IMG/VR virus record: IMGVR_UViG_3300028883_000033
Coordinates: 32,001-96,000 of that record
Direction: 5' to 3' (one strand)
DNA length: 64,000 nt
Source: a virus
Below are positions 29,601-39,383 of this stretch, piece by piece (position 1 is the stretch's first letter; each line of letters starts with the position of its first letter). Both the position numbers and the translations under genes were made by a program. The notes beneath the pieces are model-generated. The model was given only the letters and a program-made list of their open reading frames with translations. It did not search any database and was not told the DNA's origin.

Positions 29601-32600
29601 TCCGAATTGATCCGGTTCGGTTTATGTACCTAGCGTTTGGCCCTGAATACCATCAGATAGCTGGATTGTTGATCGATAAGCGTCTTGAACAGGTGATGTC
29701 GCATGCTAACACTGAATTCCATGGCGATATCATTAATGACAAAGAAGTACTGAAATTCAATGGTATTAACCAGTGGTATGTCAACTATCTCCGTTATACT
29801 GGAGTGGACATTAGTATGTCTGACTTCCGTACATCGTGGACTCAGTGGACGGCACCTATGATGTATCAGTTCTCTTCGTTCATTGATACACCATCATTGG
29901 ATGTAGCTCATCGCCAGGTATGTATTAGTGAGTTTGATTATAGAATAGCATCTAAGCGCTCTCCAGGAGCTGAAGACTACTGGTTAGATTCGTTTGATAT
30001 CTACACTCTATCAATTCCACCAAAACTTGCTCGGTATGATAATGAGTTCCAGTGGAAGTTTGAAATCACAACGAAGCCTCCATATACGAAGACGGTATCG
30101 TATTATGATGTTCAGAATTATCAGTTCTATGCTGATCCTGATACTGATCTATGTACGATGTACTCGTGGCTAGTTGATGATATGAGCTTCTTCAACGACA
30201 CGTTTACCGTTCGTGGCGATCAGACAGAATTCTTTGCAGCAAACAGAACGTTTGATGTTGTTGAGTCTACAGACAATAACGGAACGTATACTATTATTAG
30301 TTCCGTATACAACGCTGTTACGGATCAGACTTTGATCCAAGTAAGTGAAAACGTTACTGGTGTTGTAAAAGATGGACGCATAATTCTTAACTATAGAGCA
30401 TTGCCATGGCAGACGGGTGAAGCTGTGGTGCTGTCAACGCATGAAACATTGCCAGCTCCGTTACAAATGGATAATACTAATGGTGTATACTATTACTTCT
30501 TCATTCGCGAAACCCACAACACTTTCCGTCTAGCAACAACCCGAACGGAAGCTGAAGCTGGCAATTATGTCAACATTACAACGAAGGGAAGAAGCGACCA
30601 TTATGTAGGTAAAGTCCAGACGACATTCACCGACGGCGTTCAAACTTCTAAATTCTGGCGTCATTATGCACTCGACACTGCAACAGTACGTACGTTTATG
30701 CCACCATATGACGTGTCCGGTTTCCAGGGCATCATTAACATCATAGATGGATACGAACAGTACACTAAGGATCAGGGCTGGAGATTTAACGTTGATGGAA
30801 CATTGCGTGATCCAGGCAACACAACATATGCCGTAAACTGGCAGCACGAGCTGCGTCGGTTCATTCAGTATAACTACAACCTGCGTGCTATTCGCACAAA
30901 AGTTGAAGATCGTTTCCCTGTGACTGTTAACGTTGGTTCTAATGTTTGGACGATTACTGATAACAGTCGCCCATACTTCATTACTGGGGATCCTGTAACA
31001 ATATTCTCTTCGAATGGTGTATACCCACCTCCGTTGGTTCGAGGCGGTCGTTACTACATGATTCGTGATGAAATCTCCAACTTTAGATTGGCGGCAACAA
31101 AAGCTGATGCTACTGCTGGGGTATCAATCGATATAACGGATGATGCTGGAACGGAAAAACTGTTCCTAACTAAAGCGGCAATCCTAACACAGAATGCTCC
31201 TAGGTTTGAACTTAACCCATTCAGAAATGCAGTTTGGTTCCGTCCGGAGCGTGGTATTGTTTCCAACTTACTAACCGGTCCTACAGATGATGTGTTTACA
31301 TCTCAGTTAATGGTTGATCAGTACGGTCGTCCAATGAACCAGGACGCTGTTCGCATCTTCCGTGAAGATAAAGAAACAAAGATCACCATAGAAGATCAGC
31401 TTGATAATGATGTGGAACCAATCCGCATAACTCAGAATCCGTACAACTATATTCATCTTGGTGCAGTTCATTTGTTTGTTGATACGTATGAACACGTAAT
31501 GGTGTTTAACGATAACACAACCGAAGGGCAGTTACTATACGACCCATTCGTTGGATTGAACTTGACCAAGTTCGAGATGTTGTTCAACAGGCAGTTGGAA
31601 TTTACACAACGTCCAAACGTTGGTGGTCAGTATTTGAGTACGTTCTATAACCAAGGCGCAGATCTCAATCGCAACATTGAAGCGAGCATTGAAGATTTGC
31701 GTAATCTATATGACACCTATCAAGTCATTGAGGCCAACGAACTGGTACTACAATCTCGTAAGACGATGGGGTATGAAGGTCGCGAAGACTACCTCGATAA
31801 CCTCAACCTGAACGCAAAATCACAGTTTGCATTCTGGCGTGGTCAGATACAAACCAAAGGTGCGATGAGTTCCGTTAATGCATTCGTTAACTCCCGTCGA
31901 TTCATTGATGCTAAGGTAGATGAGTTCTGGGCATATAAGATCGGTGAATTCGGTTCATCCCAGGATAAAGATTATATCGAGATGTGGTTGAAACTTAATG
32001 ACGCACGAAGTGATGAACTCCGACTGCAGTTTGTTAGTGAGGATGATTTGTGCGACTCTGGTTATGCTGCTAACGTATATGATTCTGCTTGCGGTTTTGC
32101 TTTCCCAATTTCCGGAACGGGTGTGTTGGTTGTTGAAAGTGGATGGACTGGAATTTCAATCACTGATTCATCTCGCTGGGTTAACTACCCTGATCAGTTG
32201 GCTGAGTTGAATGATAACAACGGTATCCTGTATTTTGATCTGCGGTTGCGTCCTGAGAAGATGCTTGAAGTAAGTTCGGCAGATCCTAGCGACATCATTG
32301 TTAGTACAGGATCACCAGCAACAACGGACAACTACATTCGTCACAACTTTGCTTGTGACTTCGTGACGATTACTGGCAACCTAGGTTATCCAGCAAATCA
32401 CTACATCGACAGTACTGTAGGAAGTGTGATGTATCCTATGGCGGCGGACGGTCGTAGTTCAACAGTGTCTGAATATATTCCGTTCTCTAATATGGTCCGT
32501 GTATTTAAGGGAACCTACAATACTTCAGATCCAGCATATGATCCTTCTAATCCAAGCCCTTCATTCATTGGCGAGGAGATGATCAATGGTGTTGATTATA

Positions 32601-34546
32601 TTGAAGTAGCATCAACGGATCCAACGGAATTGCGCACTAACCGACTGCAGTTTGCTCAAGACTTGTCTGGATATGTTGTCCGTGTGATATACGGAACTGC
32701 TACCTTGTTGTCCGGCGTGCACTATGATATGTTTAATTCCAACGTGGTGCATGTTCTATCCCCTCATGTTATTGATGGTACGTTAAATGATGCTAAGGTT
32801 TGGGGATGGACATTTGATAAAGAGTCAATTAATCCACATAAACTGATTGATACCTTATCCGAAACAGTTCTAGCTACGATACAATATTGGGACCCTGCAC
32901 GTGGGCATCATTATTACAATGGCATTCATGTAGTAGATCTACAGGGGGACACTGACCCAGCTGCTTATAGTAACACACTTGAAACAGATGAAGGCCAGTG
33001 CCGCCGTATTGCTGCTGGTGGTATTTGCACTGATCCAACTCGCAGAACGGCTGAAAATGATTGGAATAAGCCACGCGTTGGAACGACTTGGATGGATACA
33101 AGCCGCCTGGGTTATGTTCCATATTACGATCCTGCCGTATATGATAGTACCGACGAGCAGTACCTGCAGTGGGGAACTCTCGCGGATTGGGCCGACGTTA
33201 AGATTTACGCGTGGGTTGAGTCTGACGTTCATCCTGAAGAATGGAACGCGCTTGCTGAAGCGGAGGAAGGTAATACCACCATCGATCAGAGAAAACGTAA
33301 ATCAGGCCGTACGTTCAAAACTCTATTCCGAGATAATGGTGGAGAATGGGAAGTCGCTCGCGACACCTATGAAGAGTTTGATGTGTTGTTTGACGCACAG
33401 ACGTTTGGAACGGAAACGGAGTTCCAAGTCACTGAGTGGGTTGATGTCAATAATGTGGATCTTACAGTTTATGTCAACGGCCGTCTGGTTGATCCTCAAC
33501 CTACACCATCATCCACCACGGGTTGGAGAATTATATCACCTAACACTATTGGAATCTTCCAACTAGAAGAAACCGATCGCGTCCGGGTAGTTGAACATCG
33601 CCCAGGTTATAACCCAACTCTTGATGATGATACTAATGCAGCAAATCTTGAAGCAGCGTTGTCAGGCTCTCCACAGATGTGGATGGAAGATTATCAGTAC
33701 ACGGTCGATACGTACTATGATCGTTTTGATATCGAGCGTTCGGTGTACTACTTCTGGGTTGAAGATAAAGTAACGCGCGGCACGAAATCAATGTCACCTC
33801 AGGCGGCTCAAGATTCTATGGTTGATATTCCTATCCCATATGCATTCTATGATGATGTTCGTCAATCGCGAGTGGTTACATTTGAAGGCGAAACAGTCCA
33901 AATCCCTGTTCACTTCACCCGTTCGGTCATTCGTGGTATCCGTGATATCATTAATGATAGTGATCGGTATGCGATTCGTTGGACGCGAGACCATACTCTA
34001 CGTGATACCTTGGATACCGGAACAACAGCGCTTGAAAAGAAACAGTTACATGAACAGTGGGAGCTGATTCGTCGTGAGATGCCTTATCACATCCCTCGCG
34101 CGTTGTGGGATAAGGTGACTGAGTCTATAGTTCAGTACAAATTGAACGATCCGACTACTCGTGTTCCTTCGTATCAGCGCGAATTGTATGATGAGGAAAA
34201 CGGAACAGATACTAGGTATGGTCTGAGAGATGGACAGGCGTTCACTGATGGTACGCTAGCGCTTGCCACGATCATTGCTGACCTGAATAATCCTGATAAT
34301 GATTTTAAACCAGTGGATATCAACGTATTTTTCCAGCAACACTCATTTGATACTGCGGAAGATATCGTGGACTCCATGAACACAATTTACAACACATTCC
34401 CGTTCGTACACGTGAATAGAATGTTCTTTGATGTGCTTCTTGATGCGTTTTCCGTCAAGCGTAAATACGAGGATATATTTAAAACCTCGATGGTAGCATT
34501 GCATGGCATCAGACCATTCCAGGTTGGTGGACTATTTGACGATTAA
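23615..34546 (+). CDS. Giant baseplate/virion structural protein (3643 aa, gp7-position)
   Basis: Follows gp6; LLPEVYQSDTN start; repeated beta-rich modules; uninterrupted ORF. Confidence 0.75.
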   Translation: MADNSDYTKPRTNLFDLLPEVYQSDTNRSVFENLFNRFLTKQETKRVSGYIGDGNPNAVVKRQIQEFNVHRQAYQLQPILYNKIGSVEWMSSWKDLLNEAERLGIDPEAIQEWLSLLQFNWAPPIDIDKLIHYQDYYWYDEDNPSSKPQFITIRSRCATATSYANFQESLVEEYGSDFPVLRAASVDDVLPTFDIISLIVATSQIVVSGDVTDELSDGQFLEVTGTLGNNGVYQLDGDPIFDTLSGNSVIQVAPGAFPGADEVIGSVKLERYDKFVITGDYGRLMEPGFVFFFKHSSNEEINDSFLIVTDSEYDESNTETTVTLSMVFTDRRVDGVVSLSEKLAAAQAARDCQCTGSIGWDLFQWDDNPDTPEIWHQDTPYLDPCGNIVEDFNSLIASISNAGPPGAPCGENQLWWDTDADILYQYSSATGWKTIWNAFSILVEDTRGAGLWDLTLGCGVQTVVSGSEQWITANKWLHKTDVPNFAIAKQASVPIIEFDWDLELNEWTYTTYNWKYRSETLRPFDEIDAEPDFVELVPLTIYERESGVLDSIVFDARYGDMTEYFAPGREMAFPTVTDVFEVVSSSYVADNPGESQKTRVTFNKDIVAPEITFGNTDTGTESIINTSGSPADPAPLRPLWTSQGDAWKGYNVHWVYVSSNASVPIVHQPKNSFTEIGTTQPVINDVDYDYTFTYYAQQYSITSASEVSHLELAAGAQPGSSLDLRHRAMAGMNDVRVYINGIRQYGTFNEDADAAGFVTGVTFLTGYGPTQFDEVLIEVGEATPADFGRTSVPVRTIEDDYAYAGSSEPTYISLVKYRKEEQVKTQTNQYPLFDMYNVDGTPAYKASPLFAFVTDSSQPVNGAIQMRLVTGSTGNNFLFQQYLVDEDDGTMYAYRDYVNQTDNIWVDLDTLTVNFWDGLAWSEYKIIDRYFMKAIVQDYPPELPWENINGVYWLDTLEKVLKVRNVTADQWVPAEAYYGPSDPTLQTVWKKGLNDELYVPQKRDWEKRTLEEYNEQKAVYVEELAEELMLDDSSLTEPDAIAQAEMEWNSEQANHLSPTGAWVGDWEIPDPLYYNYGHENRRQVSMSELITHFDTIIKAQPKIPGYSGPRKNMFHLIPSNDVNYGLGGTIREFNYGFDTFLSALFSHQVSPRTLIEFAQDQYEVLLNSLEELYRRDSVELFTTISTESLSDMSKFIVDTIIETYEQNDATAALYGDSTTFFDRPGTTDDVGVRNWIATLPFLGMVENRVPAKVVDEDHELNQIIHHDGHRSNYFLADATVESIIRNIVDSPDVRTVTPGSNDEPKPFGVIPNTPTPPPNNTDEFELWFDTSIANREGVYWYYVNGPDRTLYRLEVAEIGTTVPSSTVPDGTLWLDLRPGLEALRVKTTNPNTGDVDWEVPKNIIVGEDPVRLHNGTDPSDISTAEVSAWTRIDLNSYLTDVIFEVEHRLHSVAPDYSKLKYDFDALKQQYTSEYQQYLEEQFLAYTSEAEIIAPLSNSAYSASDPFTWNYKHSTVGRGYQIVDIDTDDNAFIISGHFQFVFDPCKPPTPTPPGWVQPPACTGSGVQVTFYVKNNGPNDGTWTVVSTSAHQTAEDICSSGSVLTCTDDNKFTKIYVNEPITNVVGGTIYQGILPSTANDGSESGGDWRDLYQKALGTPYPHLEPWSLQGYVDKPDWWDQYYLNDDPKKWGSRRWKYKHGFDIADAINTTDIFEIDGEFIEVFPTGKLFTVDNSVGVQNGQWQVGKIGDVVSVTPGPATSASLEIAGDHVTTFTAGTQFAIISSTGQIVKTLTVASSFFTGPPTSRTIIVVEEEIVDITDFDVFGGATYDPDTNRTSIRIDTSALSPVRSDITVNGPGGRIAISYGMWNNIIQGEIPPGVSYPNGVISVTGDYQDVSSGLISSPLPTFNYLCVNIDNHEINTGGSYQPDDVFPPYWNYSQHFGATIPTFDSRIRSIFSQLSTEILSESADYSFGDAGYVEWVWRNSSQFLYDQLTVAFRIDPVRFMYLAFGPEYHQIAGLLIDKRLEQVMSHANTEFHGDIINDKEVLKFNGINQWYVNYLRYTGVDISMSDFRTSWTQWTAPMMYQFSSFIDTPSLDVAHRQVCISEFDYRIASKRSPGAEDYWLDSFDIYTLSIPPKLARYDNEFQWKFEITTKPPYTKTVSYYDVQNYQFYADPDTDLCTMYSWLVDDMSFFNDTFTVRGDQTEFFAANRTFDVVESTDNNGTYTIISSVYNAVTDQTLIQVSENVTGVVKDGRIILNYRALPWQTGEAVVLSTHETLPAPLQMDNTNGVYYYFFIRETHNTFRLATTRTEAEAGNYVNITTKGRSDHYVGKVQTTFTDGVQTSKFWRHYALDTATVRTFMPPYDVSGFQGIINIIDGYEQYTKDQGWRFNVDGTLRDPGNTTYAVNWQHELRRFIQYNYNLRAIRTKVEDRFPVTVNVGSNVWTITDNSRPYFITGDPVTIFSSNGVYPPPLVRGGRYYMIRDEISNFRLAATKADATAGVSIDITDDAGTEKLFLTKAAILTQNAPRFELNPFRNAVWFRPERGIVSNLLTGPTDDVFTSQLMVDQYGRPMNQDAVRIFREDKETKITIEDQLDNDVEPIRITQNPYNYIHLGAVHLFVDTYEHVMVFNDNTTEGQLLYDPFVGLNLTKFEMLFNRQLEFTQRPNVGGQYLSTFYNQGADLNRNIEASIEDLRNLYDTYQVIEANELVLQSRKTMGYEGREDYLDNLNLNAKSQFAFWRGQIQTKGAMSSVNAFVNSRRFIDAKVDEFWAYKIGEFGSSQDKDYIEMWLKLNDARSDELRLQFVSEDDLCDSGYAANVYDSACGFAFPISGTGVLVVESGWTGISITDSSRWVNYPDQLAELNDNNGILYFDLRLRPEKMLEVSSADPSDIIVSTGSPATTDNYIRHNFACDFVTITGNLGYPANHYIDSTVGSVMYPMAADGRSSTVSEYIPFSNMVRVFKGTYNTSDPAYDPSNPSPSFIGEEMINGVDYIEVASTDPTELRTNRLQFAQDLSGYVVRVIYGTATLLSGVHYDMFNSNVVHVLSPHVIDGTLNDAKVWGWTFDKESINPHKLIDTLSETVLATIQYWDPARGHHYYNGIHVVDLQGDTDPAAYSNTLETDEGQCRRIAAGGICTDPTRRTAENDWNKPRVGTTWMDTSRLGYVPYYDPAVYDSTDEQYLQWGTLADWADVKIYAWVESDVHPEEWNALAEAEEGNTTIDQRKRKSGRTFKTLFRDNGGEWEVARDTYEEFDVLFDAQTFGTETEFQVTEWVDVNNVDLTVYVNGRLVDPQPTPSSTTGWRIISPNTIGIFQLEETDRVRVVEHRPGYNPTLDDDTNAANLEAALSGSPQMWMEDYQYTVDTYYDRFDIERSVYYFWVEDKVTRGTKSMSPQAAQDSMVDIPIPYAFYDDVRQSRVVTFEGETVQIPVHFTRSVIRGIRDIINDSDRYAIRWTRDHTLRDTLDTGTTALEKKQLHEQWELIRREMPYHIPRALWDKVTESIVQYKLNDPTTRVPSYQRELYDEENGTDTRYGLRDGQAFTDGTLALATIIADLNNPDNDFKPVDINVFFQQHSFDTAEDIVDSMNTIYNTFPFVHVNRMFFDVLLDAFSVKRKYEDIFKTSMVALHGIRPFQVGGLFDD

Positions 34547-34548
34547 CT

Positions 34549-37500
34549 ATGGCAACAGAAAATAAGTGTACAGGTCTCAAAGTTCTCGACCCCGTCCAGG
34601 GGTTGGTGGACTACATTAACGACATTAAACCTTATCACACGAAAGTGGTTGAGGTGCTCGTTGAGTACGTCTATGGCGAGGCAGTGGACATTAACATTGA
34701 AGAGTATCTCCATACTCAAATTGATATGTTCCGTCCTGAAGAACCGGAATTTGGTTATGACTGTGTGCGAGGTTATAGCTTATTGCCTTATGGAACACCT
34801 TATGGTGGTTGGCCGATAGTTCCGCCTAACCCAGCGTTAACGGAAATAGAATATAATCAGTATCCAGCTTTCAATGCTTCGGCTGGGTCGATAACCATCC
34901 CAGGCAATCGAGTCGATGATATCAAAGTCGGGTCCCGCATTGAAGTTGTGACATGGATTGAAGATTTTACGGATCCTGAAAATGTTGTTACTCTCCCAGA
35001 CCCATCCAACAACTTTAACAAATTCTTCACCGTATCGCAGGTTGTGTATAATGGTGGTGGAATTGATCAGTGGGATAGCTTTCCTGATCCAGCAACGTAT
35101 CGCACTGGCGTAGAACCACACACAGTAGTTACCCTTTCGGAAGGGTTTGGATCCATTCCAGCATTAACACCTGAGCAGGTTTATGTAGGTGTTATTCGTT
35201 TAGCGCCAATGGAAATTGAGCGTGTGTATTCCTACAGCAATGTGGATGCTAGATTTGAAGCATCACCTCCAAACCTTATTCAGGAGCCGGATGAAGGATA
35301 TCTCCGCCGCGAGATTGTAGGCGTAGTCCTATCAACCCTTGATGGTTATGGGATCGCTATTCCAGATACAGGTAAGTTGATTGTTGGTGGCAACTTACTC
35401 AGAAGCAACATTTTTGTTGGCGATCGATTGGCCGTTTATGATTCATCCGGTAATAATGGCTTATACAACATAGCATCACTCTCGTATGATGGTGGCAACG
35501 ATGAAACGACGGTGGGTGTTGTTGAACGTGTCAGAGATCCGATAGCAGATGGTGTTATTCAGATTGACATTCCATCAAACGTATTTGTAGTTGATGGTGA
35601 CCATCGTTCGCGGTTTAAGCAGGGGTACGTATTCAATATTGCTGGCGGTTCGTTCTCTGGACGATACACCACATTAACATCTGACTTTGTAGATGGAAAA
35701 ACTCGTATTCGACCTACGAGTGATATCATCAACACCATATTTGGTATTGACATCATAGGAACGGCAACGGGTTTTGTTGTTCGAGGAAATCAAACAGGAA
35801 AGTTTGCGTCTGGTAGCCAGGTTAACGTTGTTGGATCACCTACAAATGATGGTTCATATGTTGTGGTATCATCCACATACGACAGCATCAATAATGAAAC
35901 AGAGGTTCAAGTATGCAGCGCATGCACAGGATCACCTGTAGCAGCCGATCCTGTTGATTCTGAAGCAGGTGGTCAAATATTTGCTGTTCAGATGGGTATG
36001 ATCAAAGAAGCTCTTTTCGGTTTCGGTGAAAGCTCCGACTTATGCGCCAACACGTATGGGACAATGGTTCGTGTTAAGTTTCATGAACAACTAACCTTTG
36101 ATGGTTTGGGTTTTGATGCTGCTGACGATCTGATTGTGCACAACATGGAGAATAATGATTCGTGGGGGTATGAACTTCCACTTTTCACTGCTTTCAGTTC
36201 GATGGAGCCAACGGTTACAGAAAGCACTGTTCCTCCAGCCGTTCCTTCTCTCAATGAATTTTGGTTCAACACATCAGCACCTGGCGTTTCAAGCTATGCT
36301 CGAGCTCTCCATCGTTTCAATGGCTCCGATTGGAAACCAGCGCAAACGATATACTGGTTAGATACAGACACCAAGTTGTTATACTACAGAACAAAAACCC
36401 CAACTGTCGATACGGACTGGGTACTGTACTTGGCTGAGCCTCCAGGCTTCAATGACATCCAACCTGCAGTTGGTAAAACTGAAATCATTGGCGCTGAGAC
36501 GTTCATAATTGAAGAGGTCGCACCAAACATCCCACAATCCACATTTACATTCAAATCACTATCATATGCAATATCGGGTATTGTTGACGGGGCATTAGCC
36601 GGTGTAGAAGATTACTTCCTCGTTGATGGAAATGTTCTTCATGATGCTGACGGTATTGACTTTACATCCGGATCCAGAATGTTGGAAGTTACTGGTAGTG
36701 GGTTGAATGACGGAACGTACACAATTTCTCATGTGACGTTTATTGCCGGTGATAATCAAACCAGAATTTATGTCGAAGAGAACATCCCGACGGTAGTGGT
36801 ATCTGGTGATATCACGATTGGGCCGTTGGTAGTTCCGGGTGTTGATGATACATTAATCCGCGTAACAATTAACAACGTTCCAGCACAAATTACGCTGGAC
36901 ACCGCGTCGCAGTTTACATTAATAAGTCCTGATTTTAACATTGGGGATGTTGTCAAAGCGACTGTATATGATAGAACGCGTCTCGAAACAAATGCAAATG
37001 TGAATCAGTATGGATACTCACCGCATACTATATTCCACGATAATATTACCGCAGTAGGATCGCCAGCTCATTCTTATGTTCTGTATGGTGGTGATTATGT
37101 TCACCGTATGATCCCTCAGAACGTGTTGGAAGTGTATGACGTCTCCAATAACACGTTACTAGAAAAACAACGTCCTCAAAGTTTTAATGTTTGGGATGTA
37201 GATACTACTGCGAACACTATCACGATTGATGGTGAGTATGATTGGTTCTTTACACCTGGTGTCATTCTTTCGGTGCTGACTTCCGACGGAACGCTCGAAG
37301 AGTTCACGGTAAGCTCAGGCTCACCTGGAGTTCAGGTGCAAGGGTCGCCAGCGCAGACAATCATTCCTGTAGAGGAAGACGTTATTGGACGTCTATCCAG
37401 AATAGCACCAGGGCATTTCAGAAATGCTCCTAGCTGGGATGTTTATGAGATTGATAACGTAACAAACTCAATCATCGTATATGGTGATTACCGAAACGCG

Positions 37501-39336
37501 TTCCCTGTCGGCACATTCGTCAAGGTGTTTGACTCTACTACAGGAAACAGCGATAAGTTGTTTGAGGTTGATGCTGTCACTTACGCAGCCGGTAATGGAA
37601 CAACAGTTATTAGCGTCATAGACCCGTATGCTCCAGCGTCAGACCCAATTCCGGATCCAGATCCACACACAACAACAACTGCGATTGTGGTTCCAGCTAA
37701 CCTACCATCATATCAGAATGTGTATGGCGCTGTGTATGATCCTCAGGTGGACCCATCGGTTCCTGGCGACAACGTGAAGACATATGTGTTGCCAACTACT
37801 GCAGTTCATACAGATGCTGACGCAATTTCGTACATATGGTATGGTCCACTACGTATTGAATTGGCGGTCGCGTTTGAGAACAATCTGAGAACATCTATTC
37901 TTGATGGTTTGGGAGCTTCCAATGAGCTAATGCAGGTTCCAGACCGTTACGAAATTATTGAAACCGATCGTACTGCAAATACTATAAGAATTCATCATGA
38001 TGATCCTCTAACTGGCCTACCTGTCGATTTAACAGATAGCTTCCCCGTTGGAGAAGTGATTCGCATTGCAGGGTCCGACGGTCAGTTTGAGTATCAGACA
38101 AATAACTACCAGTATGTTGTCAATTCTGTAGTGTGGGAAGAAGGTACAACCGGTGATACAATAATCACTGTAGAAACTGATTTTGATAAGCTGCCACCGT
38201 ATGTGGAGCTGAATGTTGTCAGTGCCACAAATACTGGAGGCCCTGCCAGTAATGAATCTCAGCTAGTTTTTGACCGTTTCGTTGGTTCACCTGCCTTTGA
38301 TTTGCTGAATATCGTTCATCAGTATCAGCTTGATTCGGGTCATACTGTTATTCGTTTCGACGAGCCAATCATTCACGTTTGGGGTCCTCGCAATGCGACA
38401 ACGATTACTCGTCTGGAATATGATGCAACAACAATTACGCTAACGCTCGACACTGATATTGAGGATGAAGGTTTCACCGGCGCCCTTGGTTTTGCACTGG
38501 CCACATTCATTGGTGGAATTTATTATGATTCGACTAACGTTGCTGTAGACTGGAAGGATGGTTATATCCTCCGCGAGGCATTCCGGATTGAATCAGCGAC
38601 AGAGAACTTAGCATCAACAGAGATCACAGAAAATCTCGATTTCGGTTGGGGCACCACACAACGTTGGGCTATAATTTCAACGGATGCTGCAAACAACACA
38701 ATCGTAGTTGCTGGAGACATTTCGGGTATTATTGATCCTGACGATGACGCCATCATTATTGGTTCTCAGGGCAATGACGGAATGTATGAAATCGAATCAT
38801 TCTCATATGCACCTGGCCCGGACGAAACTACGGTTGTGCTACGCAATCCTGGACTGCCTGTTGATCCTCCAGCTGGACTCGAGGGATACTTCCAATTGGA
38901 AGACATTGACATCACAAGTTGGTACCAATACCTAATAAAAGAAGCCAACTCAACGACAAATGTCTTCACGGTATACGGAAATGCTACCTTGGATGTTCAG
39001 TCTGGAATGCAGTTTAGAGTGTTTGGAACACTTAATGATGGATTGTTCACTGTAACAGCACCGCCAATATATGATGCTGCGACTACAACAACATCAATCC
39101 AAGTGGCAAATATAGATACCGACGACAATGGTGGTTGGATTGAGTCATACCGTGATTATGGTATTCGCCTCATATTCGAAGACCATGTCGGAATAGATAT
39201 AACAGAGAATGTAGATGCAGTTCTTGTCTTGACTGCTGGTTCTATGATGGATGCGTTTGATTACCCATACTTCGATATCGGCGCATTTGACGAGGACTAC
39301 AAGACGGTTGTGCATCTATATGGCAATACATTTTAA
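34549..39336 (+). CDS. Large baseplate-associated repeat protein (1595 aa)
   Basis: DYINDIKPYHTK start; many copies of the same module found in the upstream protein. Confidence 0.7.
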   Translation: MATENKCTGLKVLDPVQGLVDYINDIKPYHTKVVEVLVEYVYGEAVDINIEEYLHTQIDMFRPEEPEFGYDCVRGYSLLPYGTPYGGWPIVPPNPALTEIEYNQYPAFNASAGSITIPGNRVDDIKVGSRIEVVTWIEDFTDPENVVTLPDPSNNFNKFFTVSQVVYNGGGIDQWDSFPDPATYRTGVEPHTVVTLSEGFGSIPALTPEQVYVGVIRLAPMEIERVYSYSNVDARFEASPPNLIQEPDEGYLRREIVGVVLSTLDGYGIAIPDTGKLIVGGNLLRSNIFVGDRLAVYDSSGNNGLYNIASLSYDGGNDETTVGVVERVRDPIADGVIQIDIPSNVFVVDGDHRSRFKQGYVFNIAGGSFSGRYTTLTSDFVDGKTRIRPTSDIINTIFGIDIIGTATGFVVRGNQTGKFASGSQVNVVGSPTNDGSYVVVSSTYDSINNETEVQVCSACTGSPVAADPVDSEAGGQIFAVQMGMIKEALFGFGESSDLCANTYGTMVRVKFHEQLTFDGLGFDAADDLIVHNMENNDSWGYELPLFTAFSSMEPTVTESTVPPAVPSLNEFWFNTSAPGVSSYARALHRFNGSDWKPAQTIYWLDTDTKLLYYRTKTPTVDTDWVLYLAEPPGFNDIQPAVGKTEIIGAETFIIEEVAPNIPQSTFTFKSLSYAISGIVDGALAGVEDYFLVDGNVLHDADGIDFTSGSRMLEVTGSGLNDGTYTISHVTFIAGDNQTRIYVEENIPTVVVSGDITIGPLVVPGVDDTLIRVTINNVPAQITLDTASQFTLISPDFNIGDVVKATVYDRTRLETNANVNQYGYSPHTIFHDNITAVGSPAHSYVLYGGDYVHRMIPQNVLEVYDVSNNTLLEKQRPQSFNVWDVDTTANTITIDGEYDWFFTPGVILSVLTSDGTLEEFTVSSGSPGVQVQGSPAQTIIPVEEDVIGRLSRIAPGHFRNAPSWDVYEIDNVTNSIIVYGDYRNAFPVGTFVKVFDSTTGNSDKLFEVDAVTYAAGNGTTVISVIDPYAPASDPIPDPDPHTTTTAIVVPANLPSYQNVYGAVYDPQVDPSVPGDNVKTYVLPTTAVHTDADAISYIWYGPLRIELAVAFENNLRTSILDGLGASNELMQVPDRYEIIETDRTANTIRIHHDDPLTGLPVDLTDSFPVGEVIRIAGSDGQFEYQTNNYQYVVNSVVWEEGTTGDTIITVETDFDKLPPYVELNVVSATNTGGPASNESQLVFDRFVGSPAFDLLNIVHQYQLDSGHTVIRFDEPIIHVWGPRNATTITRLEYDATTITLTLDTDIEDEGFTGALGFALATFIGGIYYDSTNVAVDWKDGYILREAFRIESATENLASTEITENLDFGWGTTQRWAIISTDAANNTIVVAGDISGIIDPDDDAIIIGSQGNDGMYEIESFSYAPGPDETTVVLRNPGLPVDPPAGLEGYFQLEDIDITSWYQYLIKEANSTTNVFTVYGNATLDVQSGMQFRVFGTLNDGLFTVTAPPIYDAATTTTSIQVANIDTDDNGGWIESYRDYGIRLIFEDHVGIDITENVDAVLVLTAGSMMDAFDYPYFDIGAFDEDYKTVVHLYGNTF

Positions 39337-39345
39337 AATATAAAA

Positions 39346-39353
39346 AATAAATA
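39346..39353 (+). promoter_or_regulatory. Late promoter AATAAATA
   Basis: Upstream of 1051-aa gene. Confidence 0.5.
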
Positions 39354-39383
39354 GGGCGAATACACTCTATTTGGGGATGAGCG

